The notes under the pieces are model-generated. The model was not told the origin of the DNA. It saw only the letters and a program-made list of their open reading frames with translations, and did no database searches. DNA of 30,145 bases from Methanothrix sp. (GTDB lineage Archaea > Halobacteriota > Methanosarcinia > Methanotrichales > Methanotrichaceae): positions 1 to 30,145 of the forward strand of contig JBAXWY010000033.1 in assembly GCA_037128175.1 (NCBI GenBank), in the 5' to 3' direction. Made by a program: the position numbers and the translations under genes. This document shows positions 11,471 through 20,293 of this stretch, one piece after another. Numbering within the stretch: the stretch's first letter is position 1; every line of letters starts with the position of its first letter.

Positions 11471-12025
11471 ATGGAAGATTTTTCGGATAGATATGGCAGC
11501 CATTTTGCGAAATTGGTGGACAGCGGGGCTTCCGGCAAGGTGTTCGTGTTCGATCAGGTGCTGCTCATGCCCACCGCTGCCGGCTATCGGGCTCTGGTGG
11601 AGCAGGCCCAGGTCGAGATCACGCCCAGGATAATGAAATATCTATCGAGGAGATGGTCACAGGGAGCCATAGAGAACCTCTCTTTTTTTGCCATGGCGGT
11701 AGCCGTTTATGCCCGAAGTGTCTCAAATCCGCCACACACAATTGATGTAGGAAAGGTGCTGCTCAGAACCGTGACCTTTTGCAATCGCAGATGCGCCAAC
11801 AGAAAAGGCTCAGGGGGCGGATGCAAGCTGGCAATGAATAGTGTAGAACATCATCTGCCCAAATGCATTAAAATTCCCAGGGATATCGTGGTTATCCTGG
11901 GCTCCTTAAAGAGGTATATTGCAATCGGCAAAGCCACAAGTGGCAGGGATGCTGCAAGAGTGCACGAGGCCATGAGCGTCAAGGTCGATCCAGGAGCGGA
12001 CTTTACTCCGGCGACATCGTGCTGA
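11471..12025 (+). CDS. Hypothetical protein with a Cys/His cluster
   Basis: 184 aa ATG-started ORF 25 nt after the ygiQ-like gene, filling the gap. It contains CNRRC-x9-C...HH...C. No family recognised. Confidence 0.65.
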   Translation: MEDFSDRYGSHFAKLVDSGASGKVFVFDQVLLMPTAAGYRALVEQAQVEITPRIMKYLSRRWSQGAIENLSFFAMAVAVYARSVSNPPHTIDVGKVLLRTVTFCNRRCANRKGSGGGCKLAMNSVEHHLPKCIKIPRDIVVILGSLKRYIAIGKATSGRDAARVHEAMSVKVDPGADFTPATSC

Positions 12026-12123
12026 GCATATTTTGCTGAGTGCGGAAGTGCTAATAAAGAGCGTTGGAACGATGATCAGAAGGTGCTGAAGGGCAGAGAC
12101 TAACGGGAACTGCCCCTCTACCT

Positions 12124-12477
12124 CTAGTCACCTAAATCATCCATGATTTTTTTCATAGATTCATGCAATGGTGGTAGATCATCCTGTAATGTTTGCCATA
12201 CAACTTCTATGTCAACCCCAAAGTAGACATGGATCAACTTGTCACGCATGCGGGCAAGTCCGCTCCAGGGAACGTCCGGATATCTGTCTCTTATTGAAGG
12301 AGGTATGTTCTTGGCTGCTTCTCCAATGACTTCTATCACTCGAATTGCGGCTAATACCTTTTCTTCATTGCTCTGAAATGCACCGTAATCGAGATCTTCG
12401 ACGATATGCATCCCCTTCTCAGCATACTGGGCCATATCCTCTAAAAAATCGCGATAGTCTCGCGATCCTGCTTTCAT
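12124..12477 (-). CDS. HepT-like (DUF86/HEPN) ribonuclease toxin
   Basis: IEVIGEAAKNIP...VPWSGLARMRDKLIHVYFGVD contains the HEPN Rx4H active site followed by xY. It overlaps the upstream MNT gene by 4 nt (ATGA). Confidence 0.93.
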   Translation of the reverse strand: MKAGSRDYRDFLEDMAQYAEKGMHIVEDLDYGAFQSNEEKVLAAIRVIEVIGEAAKNIPPSIRDRYPDVPWSGLARMRDKLIHVYFGVDIEVVWQTLQDDLPPLHESMKKIMDDLGD

Positions 12478-12797
12478 ACGGGAATCACTTCTGCCAGGAT
12501 TCGCCTGCCAATGTGGGTCTTCAGGGCTTTTTTCATGACCAGATCGACCTTGATGCCCAGCTTTTCGCTCAGTTCATCCTCCATGCGAATGAACTGCAAG
12601 AGCGACGGAGCTTGATGAAACTCCACAAGTATATCCAGATCGCTAGACTTTTTCGCTTCTCTGCGAACGTAAGAGCCGAAGATGCCTAAGGACTTCACTT
12701 TATAACGTTCATTTATCTCGGGCATGCTCTGCTTGAGAATTTGTTCAATCTCCTCCAGCGACGAGGCCTGCCTGTTGGCTTTGGGCTGACTTGCCAT
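12474..12797 (-). CDS. Minimal nucleotidyltransferase (MNT/MntA) antitoxin
   Basis: GIFGSYVRREAKKSSDLDILVEF matches GSx10DxD, plus LGIKVDLV. Classic partner directly upstream of DUF86. Confidence 0.93.
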   Translation of the reverse strand: MASQPKANRQASSLEEIEQILKQSMPEINERYKVKSLGIFGSYVRREAKKSSDLDILVEFHQAPSLLQFIRMEDELSEKLGIKVDLVMKKALKTHIGRRILAEVIPV

Positions 12798-12900
12798 AAT
12801 AATCCCCGAATAGTTTTGAGGGTGGGACCTCTATTCCATATTGAAGCGCTTGATTATCTAGTTAATGGGAAAGATCAACTGAAATCATAAGATGCGCTCG

Positions 12901-13971
12901 CTATTGGCACTTCCCTTTCCCGCTCTTGATGCAACCGATGCCCTTCTCGCTCCCGTCCGCCTTCGTAGACCACTTAATCTTCGTCTCCGGCATCTCGAAT
13001 CTTGCGATCACCGGAGCGTGGTCCGACTCGGGATAGAATATTCTGGAGGCGAAGACTATGGACTCGTCGTGCAGAAGCTCGTTATGCACTTCGGATCCCC
13101 GGAAGTAGGCCAGCATGGTCCGGGAGACCAGGATGTGGTCGAGCATCTTGCCCTTGCCGTTGTGCAGGAGCGAGTAGCGCGCCGGCTCTGGGATGTTTCT
13201 CTCCGTAGGAACCATGACCCGCATGGCCAGGTCCATGTTGCCCGTGTTCTCCACGTCGCCCCGGATGGCTTCAATGGAAACCTCATCAAACTCCTCATTA
13301 AAATCCCCGCATACGGCAATCAGAGCACACGGATCTGCATCGAAAAGGTGGTCGATGAGAATGCGCGTCTCCAGACTCTGGCCGATACGCTTCATGCTTG
13401 AGATAAAAACGCCCTCCGCCCAGCCCGAGGCCGTCTTCCAGGTCCTATCGGAGAGCTTGTGCCCCTGGATGTTGGTGGGCCGGCGGCTCTTAAGATGCAG
13501 GTTGATCACATCCACCACCATGTTGTTTGGGAGCTGCACTTTGGCGTGCAGAATGGGCCTCTCCCAGGAGATCTCTTTCGCCTCGCTCTCCTCTGGAATC
13601 GCCGTGACCTTCTTGTAGCGCGGCGAGGGAGCATACTCGTGCAGATACTGGTCGTACTCCACAATATCGTAGCGGCTGAGGATGACCAGGTTGTGATGCT
13701 CAAAGACCTCTTTTGTATCCGGATCGATGGTGGTGACTCTCTTGTAGCCCTCGTAAGGCGTGCATTCCAGCAAGCGGTTCATGGCATCCAGGTGCATCTT
13801 TCTGCCTGGATCATGCTGGCCGCATACCTCTTGCAAACATAGAATGTCCGCATCCAGGCGAACCAACTGGGGTCGCAGGATGGGTATGCGCTCCTCAAGG
13901 CTGGGATATTGGTCGCGCCGGTCGTCCAGGTTCATGAGGTTGAAGGTGGCAATGCGTAGCTTAATGGGCAT
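12901..13971 (-). CDS. Endonuclease/exonuclease/phosphatase (EEP) family protein
   Basis: LRIATFNL, ADILCLQEV, NLHLKS, CGDFN, LDHILVS and SDHAPV form the full EEP catalytic set. Confidence 0.92.
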   Translation of the reverse strand: MPIKLRIATFNLMNLDDRRDQYPSLEERIPILRPQLVRLDADILCLQEVCGQHDPGRKMHLDAMNRLLECTPYEGYKRVTTIDPDTKEVFEHHNLVILSRYDIVEYDQYLHEYAPSPRYKKVTAIPEESEAKEISWERPILHAKVQLPNNMVVDVINLHLKSRRPTNIQGHKLSDRTWKTASGWAEGVFISSMKRIGQSLETRILIDHLFDADPCALIAVCGDFNEEFDEVSIEAIRGDVENTGNMDLAMRVMVPTERNIPEPARYSLLHNGKGKMLDHILVSRTMLAYFRGSEVHNELLHDESIVFASRIFYPESDHAPVIARFEMPETKIKWSTKADGSEKGIGCIKSGKGKCQ

Positions 13972-14029
13972 CAGTTCTCTCCCTACGGTCTTGCTTTTAT
14001 CATAGCACGGCAGGCTTTTATCTTTGCGG

Positions 14030-14377
14030 TTAATTTTGCGGCTCGGTGCCTATTCGTCGGCTTGGCTTTCCAACCTCGACCAAAAGCGGATCGACGGCTT
14101 TCGGCGGCGCACAATTCCGGAAGATCCCATCGGGATCGTAGAACCGATCCATGGGCAGGAGCGTGAAGATCCTTCGGCAATAGCCCCTTTCATCGCTTTT
14201 GGCAACCGTTTTCTTCAAAACAGCATAGCCGATGAGCATCTCGCCCGGCAAAGCTCTGACCGGGCCGGTGCGAATGGGGCAGAGCAGCCATTTCTCACGT
14301 ACGTAGCCCATCCTGGCCCGAGAATCACGATCTTTGAGCCAGATTATTTTCTCCTCATCCTCATAAGTTGCATTCAT
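14030..14377 (-). CDS. DUF6009-like protein
   Basis: The pattern E.xIIWL...YVRE...IGYAVL...RRIFTLLPMDRFYDPDGIF...PPKAVDP resembles, from memory, the DUF6009 family seen mostly in actinomycetes. Not verified by search. Confidence 0.7.
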   Translation of the reverse strand: MNATYEDEEKIIWLKDRDSRARMGYVREKWLLCPIRTGPVRALPGEMLIGYAVLKKTVAKSDERGYCRRIFTLLPMDRFYDPDGIFRNCAPPKAVDPLLVEVGKPSRRIGTEPQN

Positions 14378-14394
14378 GCTGCTTCTTTCCGGGC

Positions 14395-15282
14395 TTAGAT
14401 TTTTAGGAGATCCTGCTGATCACGTATCTCTTCCTTCAAGCTGGCCTGAAAAGATGCCGCCACCAGAGGATTGGCCATTATCTGGGGCAGGCCCAGCTCA
14501 GCTAAAACTCGTTGGCATAACTCTATGGGATTCAGCTTCTCCGACGCGGGATTTTCTCTCGCCGCCATAAGAACGCTGCTGTGGATGCGTCGCAGATATT
14601 GCCGCCCCTCTTCCAAGATGCGGTAGGCTTCGATACCCCGGCGCGGCTCATCCCAGGCCGCTAAGAGGAACTTGATTTCCGGTATTGAGGCAAGTCTCTG
14701 CACGGAGCGAACGGATGCCAGAATATCCTGAAAGATGGGCATATCTCCAGCAATGGGAACCGCATCCGCCGAAAAGAGAGCGCCGTCCTCAGCCAGCCAC
14801 AGGGAGAGGGAGCCAAGGGAGTGGCCTGGCGTGTGCAGCACTCGCAATGTGAGATCGCTCTCCAGATGCAGAACATCTCTTTCTTGCAGTGTTTGATCGA
14901 CCTGGACCGATCCGCTCACCAGGAAGAAAAAGCCGGGAACGGGGCGCTCTTTTGCCTGCAAGTCCACATCCTCGATCCATGCCTTTTCCGCAGCATGAGC
15001 CGCCACGGTGCAACCGGAAATGCGTTTGATGGCAGGGGCGGCGCCGATGTGATCGGGATGAGCGTGGGTGAGGATGAGCCTTGAGATCTCCTCTGAACTT
15101 CTGCCGGTTCTTTTCAGATAGTCCAGAATGATCTTCTCAGAGCCGGCTACCCCGCTGTCGATAAGGCAAATCTTTTCCCCATAAATAAGAAAGGCGTAAA
15201 CGAATCTGGGAATTTTTTGGCCGGATGGATCGGTTATCTGAAATGGGATTTTCAGGGCGTGAATGTGATCGGTTATCTGCAT
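14395..15282 (-). CDS. Metallo-beta-lactamase-fold hydrolase
   Basis: LIDSG, THAHPDHIG (HxHxDH), HTPGHS and LFSADA motifs. The start is placed at ATG 15282 (MQITDH), which overlaps the TAA of the upstream ORF, rather than at 15339. Confidence 0.9.
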   Translation of the reverse strand: MQITDHIHALKIPFQITDPSGQKIPRFVYAFLIYGEKICLIDSGVAGSEKIILDYLKRTGRSSEEISRLILTHAHPDHIGAAPAIKRISGCTVAAHAAEKAWIEDVDLQAKERPVPGFFFLVSGSVQVDQTLQERDVLHLESDLTLRVLHTPGHSLGSLSLWLAEDGALFSADAVPIAGDMPIFQDILASVRSVQRLASIPEIKFLLAAWDEPRRGIEAYRILEEGRQYLRRIHSSVLMAARENPASEKLNPIELCQRVLAELGLPQIMANPLVAASFQASLKEEIRDQQDLLKI

Positions 15283-15641
15283 TATCTCATTTCTCCCACA
15301 AACTCGCCGTCCCAAATCGGACTTTGGGAATGCGTCCATTTTCCCTGGAAAAAGGTTCTTCCAACCTCGGTTTTTTCGCGATTGTGAATTAATACGCTAA
15401 AGCGGCCTCTTCCTAACTGATCTGCCCATTTCCCGATAAAGATAATGTCTTCTCCCTCCTTAAAGAGAGTTCCTTCGATTGTGCCCTCAATTTTTGAGTT
15501 GCAATATGTCCCGCTAACGAGATGGCCCGACTGCACCAATTGCATATCTGCCTCTATGGGCTGCAAGATAATCCAGGCACCTTGCATATCAGGCACGCTG
15601 GCCCATTCCAGGGGGATCTCTTCCGGAATATTTCTCACCAT
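15282..15641 (-). CDS. Hypothetical protein (beta-rich, 119 aa)
   Basis: Part of ORF 15282-15725. The ATG at 15641 has GAAGGA upstream, and the stop/start overlap (TAATG) with the MBL gene suggests translational coupling. Confidence 0.7.
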   Translation of the reverse strand: MVRNIPEEIPLEWASVPDMQGAWIILQPIEADMQLVQSGHLVSGTYCNSKIEGTIEGTLFKEGEDIIFIGKWADQLGRGRFSVLIHNREKTEVGRTFFQGKWTHSQSPIWDGEFVGEMR

Positions 15642-15706
15642 AACATCCTTCTGCAGCTTTAGCTTTATACTTTGAGCCCATATTTCAAGGAACGAAGTGA
15701 TGCGAT

Positions 15707-16132
15707 ATGCTGGAGCAAGAGTCATTCTGGGAAAATAATAGCTTTGCGATCATCACAGATAAGACCAAACCGGCCATGAAATTGACGATAGACGAATTGG
15801 TAAGGAGAGGTAAGAGGGTTTATGTTGTCGATTTGTCGAACAGCCCCGACAACGAGATGATGCTTTGCATCTCAGACCTTCCGTCATATGTCGATTGTGC
15901 CATTATCGGGCTGAAAAAAGAAAATACGGAAAATGCAATTGCTGAGCTCAATAAAAAAGGCATCAAAAAATGCTGGATCCACTGGAGGACGGAGACTGAT
16001 ATGGCTAGACAGAAATGCAGAGAGCTGCAAATGCAGTGCATTTTCGGAAAATGCCCCATGATGTATCTCAGCCACGGCCTTAATATCCACACAATGCACG
16101 GGAGCCTGGTAAAATTATTGGGAAAATATTAA
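15707..16132 (+). CDS. CoA-binding (YccU-like Rossmann) domain protein
   Basis: The pattern ISDLPSYVDCAII...GIKKCWIH...CPMMY matches small CoA-binding domain proteins. The Gly-rich loop is degenerate. Confidence 0.75.
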   Translation: MLEQESFWENNSFAIITDKTKPAMKLTIDELVRRGKRVYVVDLSNSPDNEMMLCISDLPSYVDCAIIGLKKENTENAIAELNKKGIKKCWIHWRTETDMARQKCRELQMQCIFGKCPMMYLSHGLNIHTMHGSLVKLLGKY

Positions 16133-16356
16133 ATCACCTCACTCTTTGTGATCGTGATGATTGTACTCAAGCCCATGCACGAGCGGAGGATTTACGGATT
16201 ATTTGATAATATACGTTTTAATTTATTTCACCCATATTAAAGGAGTGATGGACGATGACTATACATCCAGATAGCCGTCGCCCGTCGTTTGACCTTCAGC
16301 ACTTTCCGGGTATTTCTACTTTTCTTTTTTTTTGAAAAAATAAGAGCGTGCGGGGA

Positions 16357-16788
16357 CTAAGGTGCCGGTAAGAATCCCTCACCCATACCAGGATTTGCTA
16401 ATCTATTTGCATTGAGTTCTCTTTCGGTTAGTAGGTTCGCGTCGTTCGTTCTGACAGAGCTGTTTGACTTGCCCATACCATCGATGGCATGAACTACGCC
16501 GCTGCTTGTGGTGTTATTGCGGATCGCAATCGGCTTGGTCAGGTCGAGCGGAGCATTAATTTTCTCCATGAGAAGATTAGCATCCTGGCCGAAGTTCCGA
16601 TATACCCAGACATTCCATTGATCTGTCAGGGCGTTGAAGGTCGCGGTGTCCTTGGCGGCGTATGCCGTGGCCATCTTCCAAGATAGCTGCGTGCCATTGA
16701 TCATGTTTTGCTGTTCGGAGGTATAAGCAGCGGCCAAAGAAATTACCGCTAAGAGGCTTACAAGAATTATATAAATCGCTTTCATCAA
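16357..16788 (-). CDS. Hypothetical secreted protein
   Basis: Signal-peptide-like N-terminus MKAIYIILVSLLAVISLAAA, a GGAGAG RBS-like motif, and an AAAAGCCTTATG promoter-like motif upstream. Confidence 0.75.
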   Translation of the reverse strand: MMKAIYIILVSLLAVISLAAAYTSEQQNMINGTQLSWKMATAYAAKDTATFNALTDQWNVWVYRNFGQDANLLMEKINAPLDLTKPIAIRNNTTSSGVVHAIDGMGKSNSSVRTNDANLLTERELNANRLANPGMGEGFLPAP

Positions 16789-17245
16789 GTCACTCTCCTA
16801 AGCGAATTGGTGGTTTGGAGATCTCATAAGGCTTTTGACTGGGCACATTTAATTTTTCGCTAGTTTCGTATATTCCACGGATGTACGTAAGGTCGATCCC
16901 AATCAATTTTCCAGTCGATTTATTAGTATCGATGACGGCCCGTTTGGTTTCTATACCCAAGGCCAGTTGTCATTTAATCGCACTATTGCAACACAATGTC
17001 CTAGGCGAGTTCAGTTAGGCATCGTCCCGACCTCTGAAATAGTTGTAAGTGTTTCATAGCCTTGCATTCTTAAAAATTAGTAATTAACTACAGACATATC
17101 AACGCAGATTCTACATTTTAAGACTGCCATTTTCGGTTTGAGTGCCACTATCCAACGAAACGAGTAATAATAGAATCTTCCTGAATTTGTTTATTGATCT
17201 CTTCAGAAGGGGTGGGAGAGTTCAAAGATCCTTCCCATATGTTCC

Positions 17246-18136
17246 CTATTTGGCATGGGGGTGGGTATGGTTTTCTTCTTCATATACGTGTTCGTGATTT
17301 TTATGTTCTTGCCCATGCACATGCAGATGCTCATGCACCAGCTTGCCGTGCAGATGGGTATGCTCGTGCACCAGATTGGAGGACAGCAGCAGCTCGTAGT
17401 CGGAAAGAACGCTCTCTGCATCTCTGTCCATCTTGACGCGGTGGTCCTCGCCCATGACAATGGCTCTCTTGCTGATCTGATCGATGATCTCCAGGTCATG
17501 GGTGGCCGTTATCACCGTCTTGCCGGCATGCGCCAGCTCCTGAAGCAGCTCCACCAGCCAGAGCTGAGTTCTGGGGTCGAGACCAGCAGAAGGCTCATCC
17601 AGCAAGAGCACATCGGGGTTGTTGACCAGAACTGTGGCTATGCACACCTTCTTCTTCTCTCCCCCGGAGAGAGTATGAGGTGAGCGATCGCGCAATTTGC
17701 CGATCTGCATCATCTCCATGACATCTTCCACCCTTGTCTTGACCTCTTCAAGCGGCAGGTTAAGCTGAAGTGGTCCGAAGGCAATCTCCTCATAGACCGT
17801 AGAAGAGAAGAGCTGAACATCTGAGTTTTGAAAGACAAATCCCACCTTTGTCCGAAAATAGGTTCTGAATTCATTGTCTTTAATGGCATCAAAGACCTCT
17901 TCGCATATCAGATTGTCAAAGGCATAGAATTCGCCGGAGCTGGGATAAACAAGCCCGTCCAAAATGGCCAATAATGTAGATTTGCCGCAGCCGTTGGAGC
18001 CGATAATGGTGACCTGCTCACCCCGGTTAATCTTCAGGGATACACCCTTTAGCGCATCGATCTTTCCCACATATGAGTAAGAAACATTCTTCAAATCAAA
18101 TATTGTTTCATCTATTGTTTTCATGAGATATTCCAC
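17246..18136 (-). CDS. cbiO: ECF transporter ATPase (NikO/CbiO) with a His-rich tail
   Basis: Walker A GSNGCGKST, Q-loop VFQN, signature LSGGEKKK, Walker B LLLDEP and H-loop ATHD. Last gene of the M-N-Q-O cluster. Confidence 0.93.
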   Translation of the reverse strand: MEYLMKTIDETIFDLKNVSYSYVGKIDALKGVSLKINRGEQVTIIGSNGCGKSTLLAILDGLVYPSSGEFYAFDNLICEEVFDAIKDNEFRTYFRTKVGFVFQNSDVQLFSSTVYEEIAFGPLQLNLPLEEVKTRVEDVMEMMQIGKLRDRSPHTLSGGEKKKVCIATVLVNNPDVLLLDEPSAGLDPRTQLWLVELLQELAHAGKTVITATHDLEIIDQISKRAIVMGEDHRVKMDRDAESVLSDYELLLSSNLVHEHTHLHGKLVHEHLHVHGQEHKNHEHVYEEENHTHPHAK

Positions 18137-18138
18137 TT

Positions 18139-19077
18139 TTATACCCGGATGACATTTTGGGAGATCAACACCAGAACCAAGCTTGCAGATATTGCCACTG
18201 CCCCTGCCAGATAATCGCGATTTTTCATTTTGAATTCCTGCATGATATGAACTTCGCCGTTAAAGCCTCTGGACATCATGGCCATATGTACCTTTTCGCT
18301 CATGGAGAGAGACCTGATAAGCGTATATCCTATGCGCCCACCTACCCACTTCTGCTCATCAATTAATCCTCCGGATTTGATGGTCCGCCCTTTCTTGGCA
18401 ACATACATCTCTCGTATCAATTCCATGAACAGGAAGATGTATCTATAGGTCATCTGCAGCGTGAGAACATAGAGCTTGGGAACCCCTACTGTGCGCAGGG
18501 ACTTGAAGAGGATCTGCTGCGGTGTGGTAAGAAATAGCAGGACTACGGCAGAAACGCAGGTTGCCACACGCATGGTGAAGATCACCGCGGCCATAGAGCC
18601 CTGTTTAGTGATGAAAATGCTCTCCGGCAGGGAAAAGGGCCCCAGGTGTGCTCCTGGCCCCAGGTACGCTACAGGGATGAGCGGATCGCCGGGTAAAAAG
18701 ACGTTGAAGATCATGGGCACGGCGATAATGCCGGCAAAGACGGGAATGAAGAGCCAGACACGTTTGATGAAAAAACCTACCTCGATCTTGCTGAGACTGG
18801 AAAAAAGCAGCGTCAGCGCATAGATGAAGACCAGTACCCCAAGGTCGCTAATCAGGCTGGTTGCAAATATTACGGCCAGAATGGAAACCAGCTTGGCTCT
18901 TGGGTCCAGGCTCTGTAGAAGGCCGCGCCGCTTAGAAAAGCTCTCCGATATAAAAGCCTCCTCTAAAAAGCCGAAAATACCATCAATGGTCTTTCCTACA
19001 AAGCCCTTCTTGCCATGAGATGCGGCAGAACACTTGCACGAACCGGCGTTTACCTCTTTCATCCAATCTGGTATCAT
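18139..19077 (-). CDS. cbiQ: ECF transporter T component (NikQ/CbiQ)
   Basis: LDPRAKL, TYRYIFLF and AMMSRGFNG motifs with multiple transmembrane segments. Confidence 0.93.
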   Translation of the reverse strand: MIPDWMKEVNAGSCKCSAASHGKKGFVGKTIDGIFGFLEEAFISESFSKRRGLLQSLDPRAKLVSILAVIFATSLISDLGVLVFIYALTLLFSSLSKIEVGFFIKRVWLFIPVFAGIIAVPMIFNVFLPGDPLIPVAYLGPGAHLGPFSLPESIFITKQGSMAAVIFTMRVATCVSAVVLLFLTTPQQILFKSLRTVGVPKLYVLTLQMTYRYIFLFMELIREMYVAKKGRTIKSGGLIDEQKWVGGRIGYTLIRSLSMSEKVHMAMMSRGFNGEVHIMQEFKMKNRDYLAGAVAISASLVLVLISQNVIRV

Positions 19078-19083
19078 ATTGCA

Positions 19084-19395
19084 TCAATCCTTGGCAATCT
19101 TCTTTCCCAAGTAATAAAGAAGACCGCCGCAAATGGCAACGCCCAATATGCCGGACAATATATATGCCGTTATTGCACCCGTCTGAGATCCATCATTAGG
19201 GAAAGCGTAATCCGCTAGGGGTGCGCCCCACAGCGAAGAGAGCCTCTCTAAACCCGCAGGCACAAAGCCCAGTTTCTCGTGAATCTCCTCATTTGACCAT
19301 TCGCCAAATGTCTCGCCTACTGCCAGGAGGCCGAGCGGTGCCAGGATTATCAATACTACCAAGCCTTTAGCAAAGTTTTTTACTATTCTTTCCAC
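19084..19395 (-). CDS. PDGLE-domain auxiliary subunit (NikN-like)
   Basis: Two transmembrane segments flanking FGEWS...PAGLE...APLADY. The GTG start at 19395 is preceded by a GAGGTGA RBS, so the ORF-track start at 19461 is probably too long. Confidence 0.85.
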   Translation of the reverse strand: MERIVKNFAKGLVVLIILAPLGLLAVGETFGEWSNEEIHEKLGFVPAGLERLSSLWGAPLADYAFPNDGSQTGAITAYILSGILGVAICGGLLYYLGKKIAKD

Positions 19396-19405
19396 GTTTC
19401 TCACC

Positions 19406-20125
19406 TCAGGTAGTTGCCGGTTTGTTAGACTTGTTCCTATTCGCCCGGGACTGGTCACCAAACAGAATGGATGTATCCGTCTTTTGGATGTAGGAGAAAA
19501 TCAGCGCCGTAACGATGGCCTCAACAAATCCGAAAGCCAAGGCGTGCTCTAGAATCATTGCCGGCATGGCCACACTCAAGGGGTAGGGCATGTAAAGCGG
19601 CAATCCATTGGCACCTATGTGTAGCAACGGCTGTATGCCAAACTCAAATCCGGTCAGGGCAGCCGCAAATGTGAGTGATATATAGCCCGCCACAGCCGCA
19701 GCAATAACCCTTCTAGACGAAGTGATTGCTGCGTCGCCACTAGCAAATTTATAGATGTAATAGGCGCAAAACGGCATAGCAACTGCCATGTTAAAGCAGT
19801 TAGCGGCGATAGCAGTGATGCCACCATCTCCGAACATTAATGCCTGAAGCACAAGAGCCACAGAGATAGCTATGACACTAGCCCAGGGGCCTATTACTAT
19901 GGCGATTATGGCTCCACCCACGGCATGACCTGTGCTGCCTCCGGGAATGGGCAGGTTGAACATCATAATAACAAATGAGAAGGCCGCGGCCATCGCGAGC
20001 AGTGGTACTTGTCTGGACTTCAGCTCAGCACTGAGCCTCTTTCCCGCATAGTACCAAATGGGGATCATTATGACCCAAAATGCAGTGTAGGTATAAGGCC
20101 CTAAATAGCCATCAGGAATATGCAT
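19406..20125 (-). CDS. cbiM: ECF transporter S component (NikM/CbiM), probably nickel-preferring
   Basis: N-terminus MHIPDGYL (metal-binding Met1-His2, NikM-like, no cleavable leader), GGSTGHAVGG, and QALMFGDGGITAIAAN. Confidence 0.93.
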   Translation of the reverse strand: MHIPDGYLGPYTYTAFWVIMIPIWYYAGKRLSAELKSRQVPLLAMAAAFSFVIMMFNLPIPGGSTGHAVGGAIIAIVIGPWASVIAISVALVLQALMFGDGGITAIAANCFNMAVAMPFCAYYIYKFASGDAAITSSRRVIAAAVAGYISLTFAAALTGFEFGIQPLLHIGANGLPLYMPYPLSVAMPAMILEHALAFGFVEAIVTALIFSYIQKTDTSILFGDQSRANRNKSNKPATT

Positions 20126-20156
20126 TACTTCACCGAACGATAGAAATCACCTTTAA

Positions 20157-20164
20157 TTATAAAA
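20157..20164 (-). promoter_or_regulatory. TATA box of the ECF operon
   Basis: TTTTATAA on the minus strand about 32 nt upstream of the ATG at 20125, with a GGTGA RBS at 20130-20134. Confidence 0.55.
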
Positions 20165-20293
20165 GGATATCGGCTGCGCATACTAAGTAAGAATAATATC
20201 AATTCTGTATGCGATATTGGCAACAATAATTATTCAAAGTATTATTATTCAAACCATTACGACTAAATTTAGTCACGTGCAAATTGATCTGAA

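Noticed and set aside
16789-16965. Open frame of about 56 codons on the minus strand upstream of the secreted orphan
   Set aside because: Only a TTG start, no RBS, overlaps the apparent promoter of the next gene, and no recognisable similarity.
20126-20290. Cobalamin riboswitch upstream of cbiM/nikM
   Set aside because: The leader is short and AT-rich with no B12-box (GCCACTG, GGGAAG) elements.
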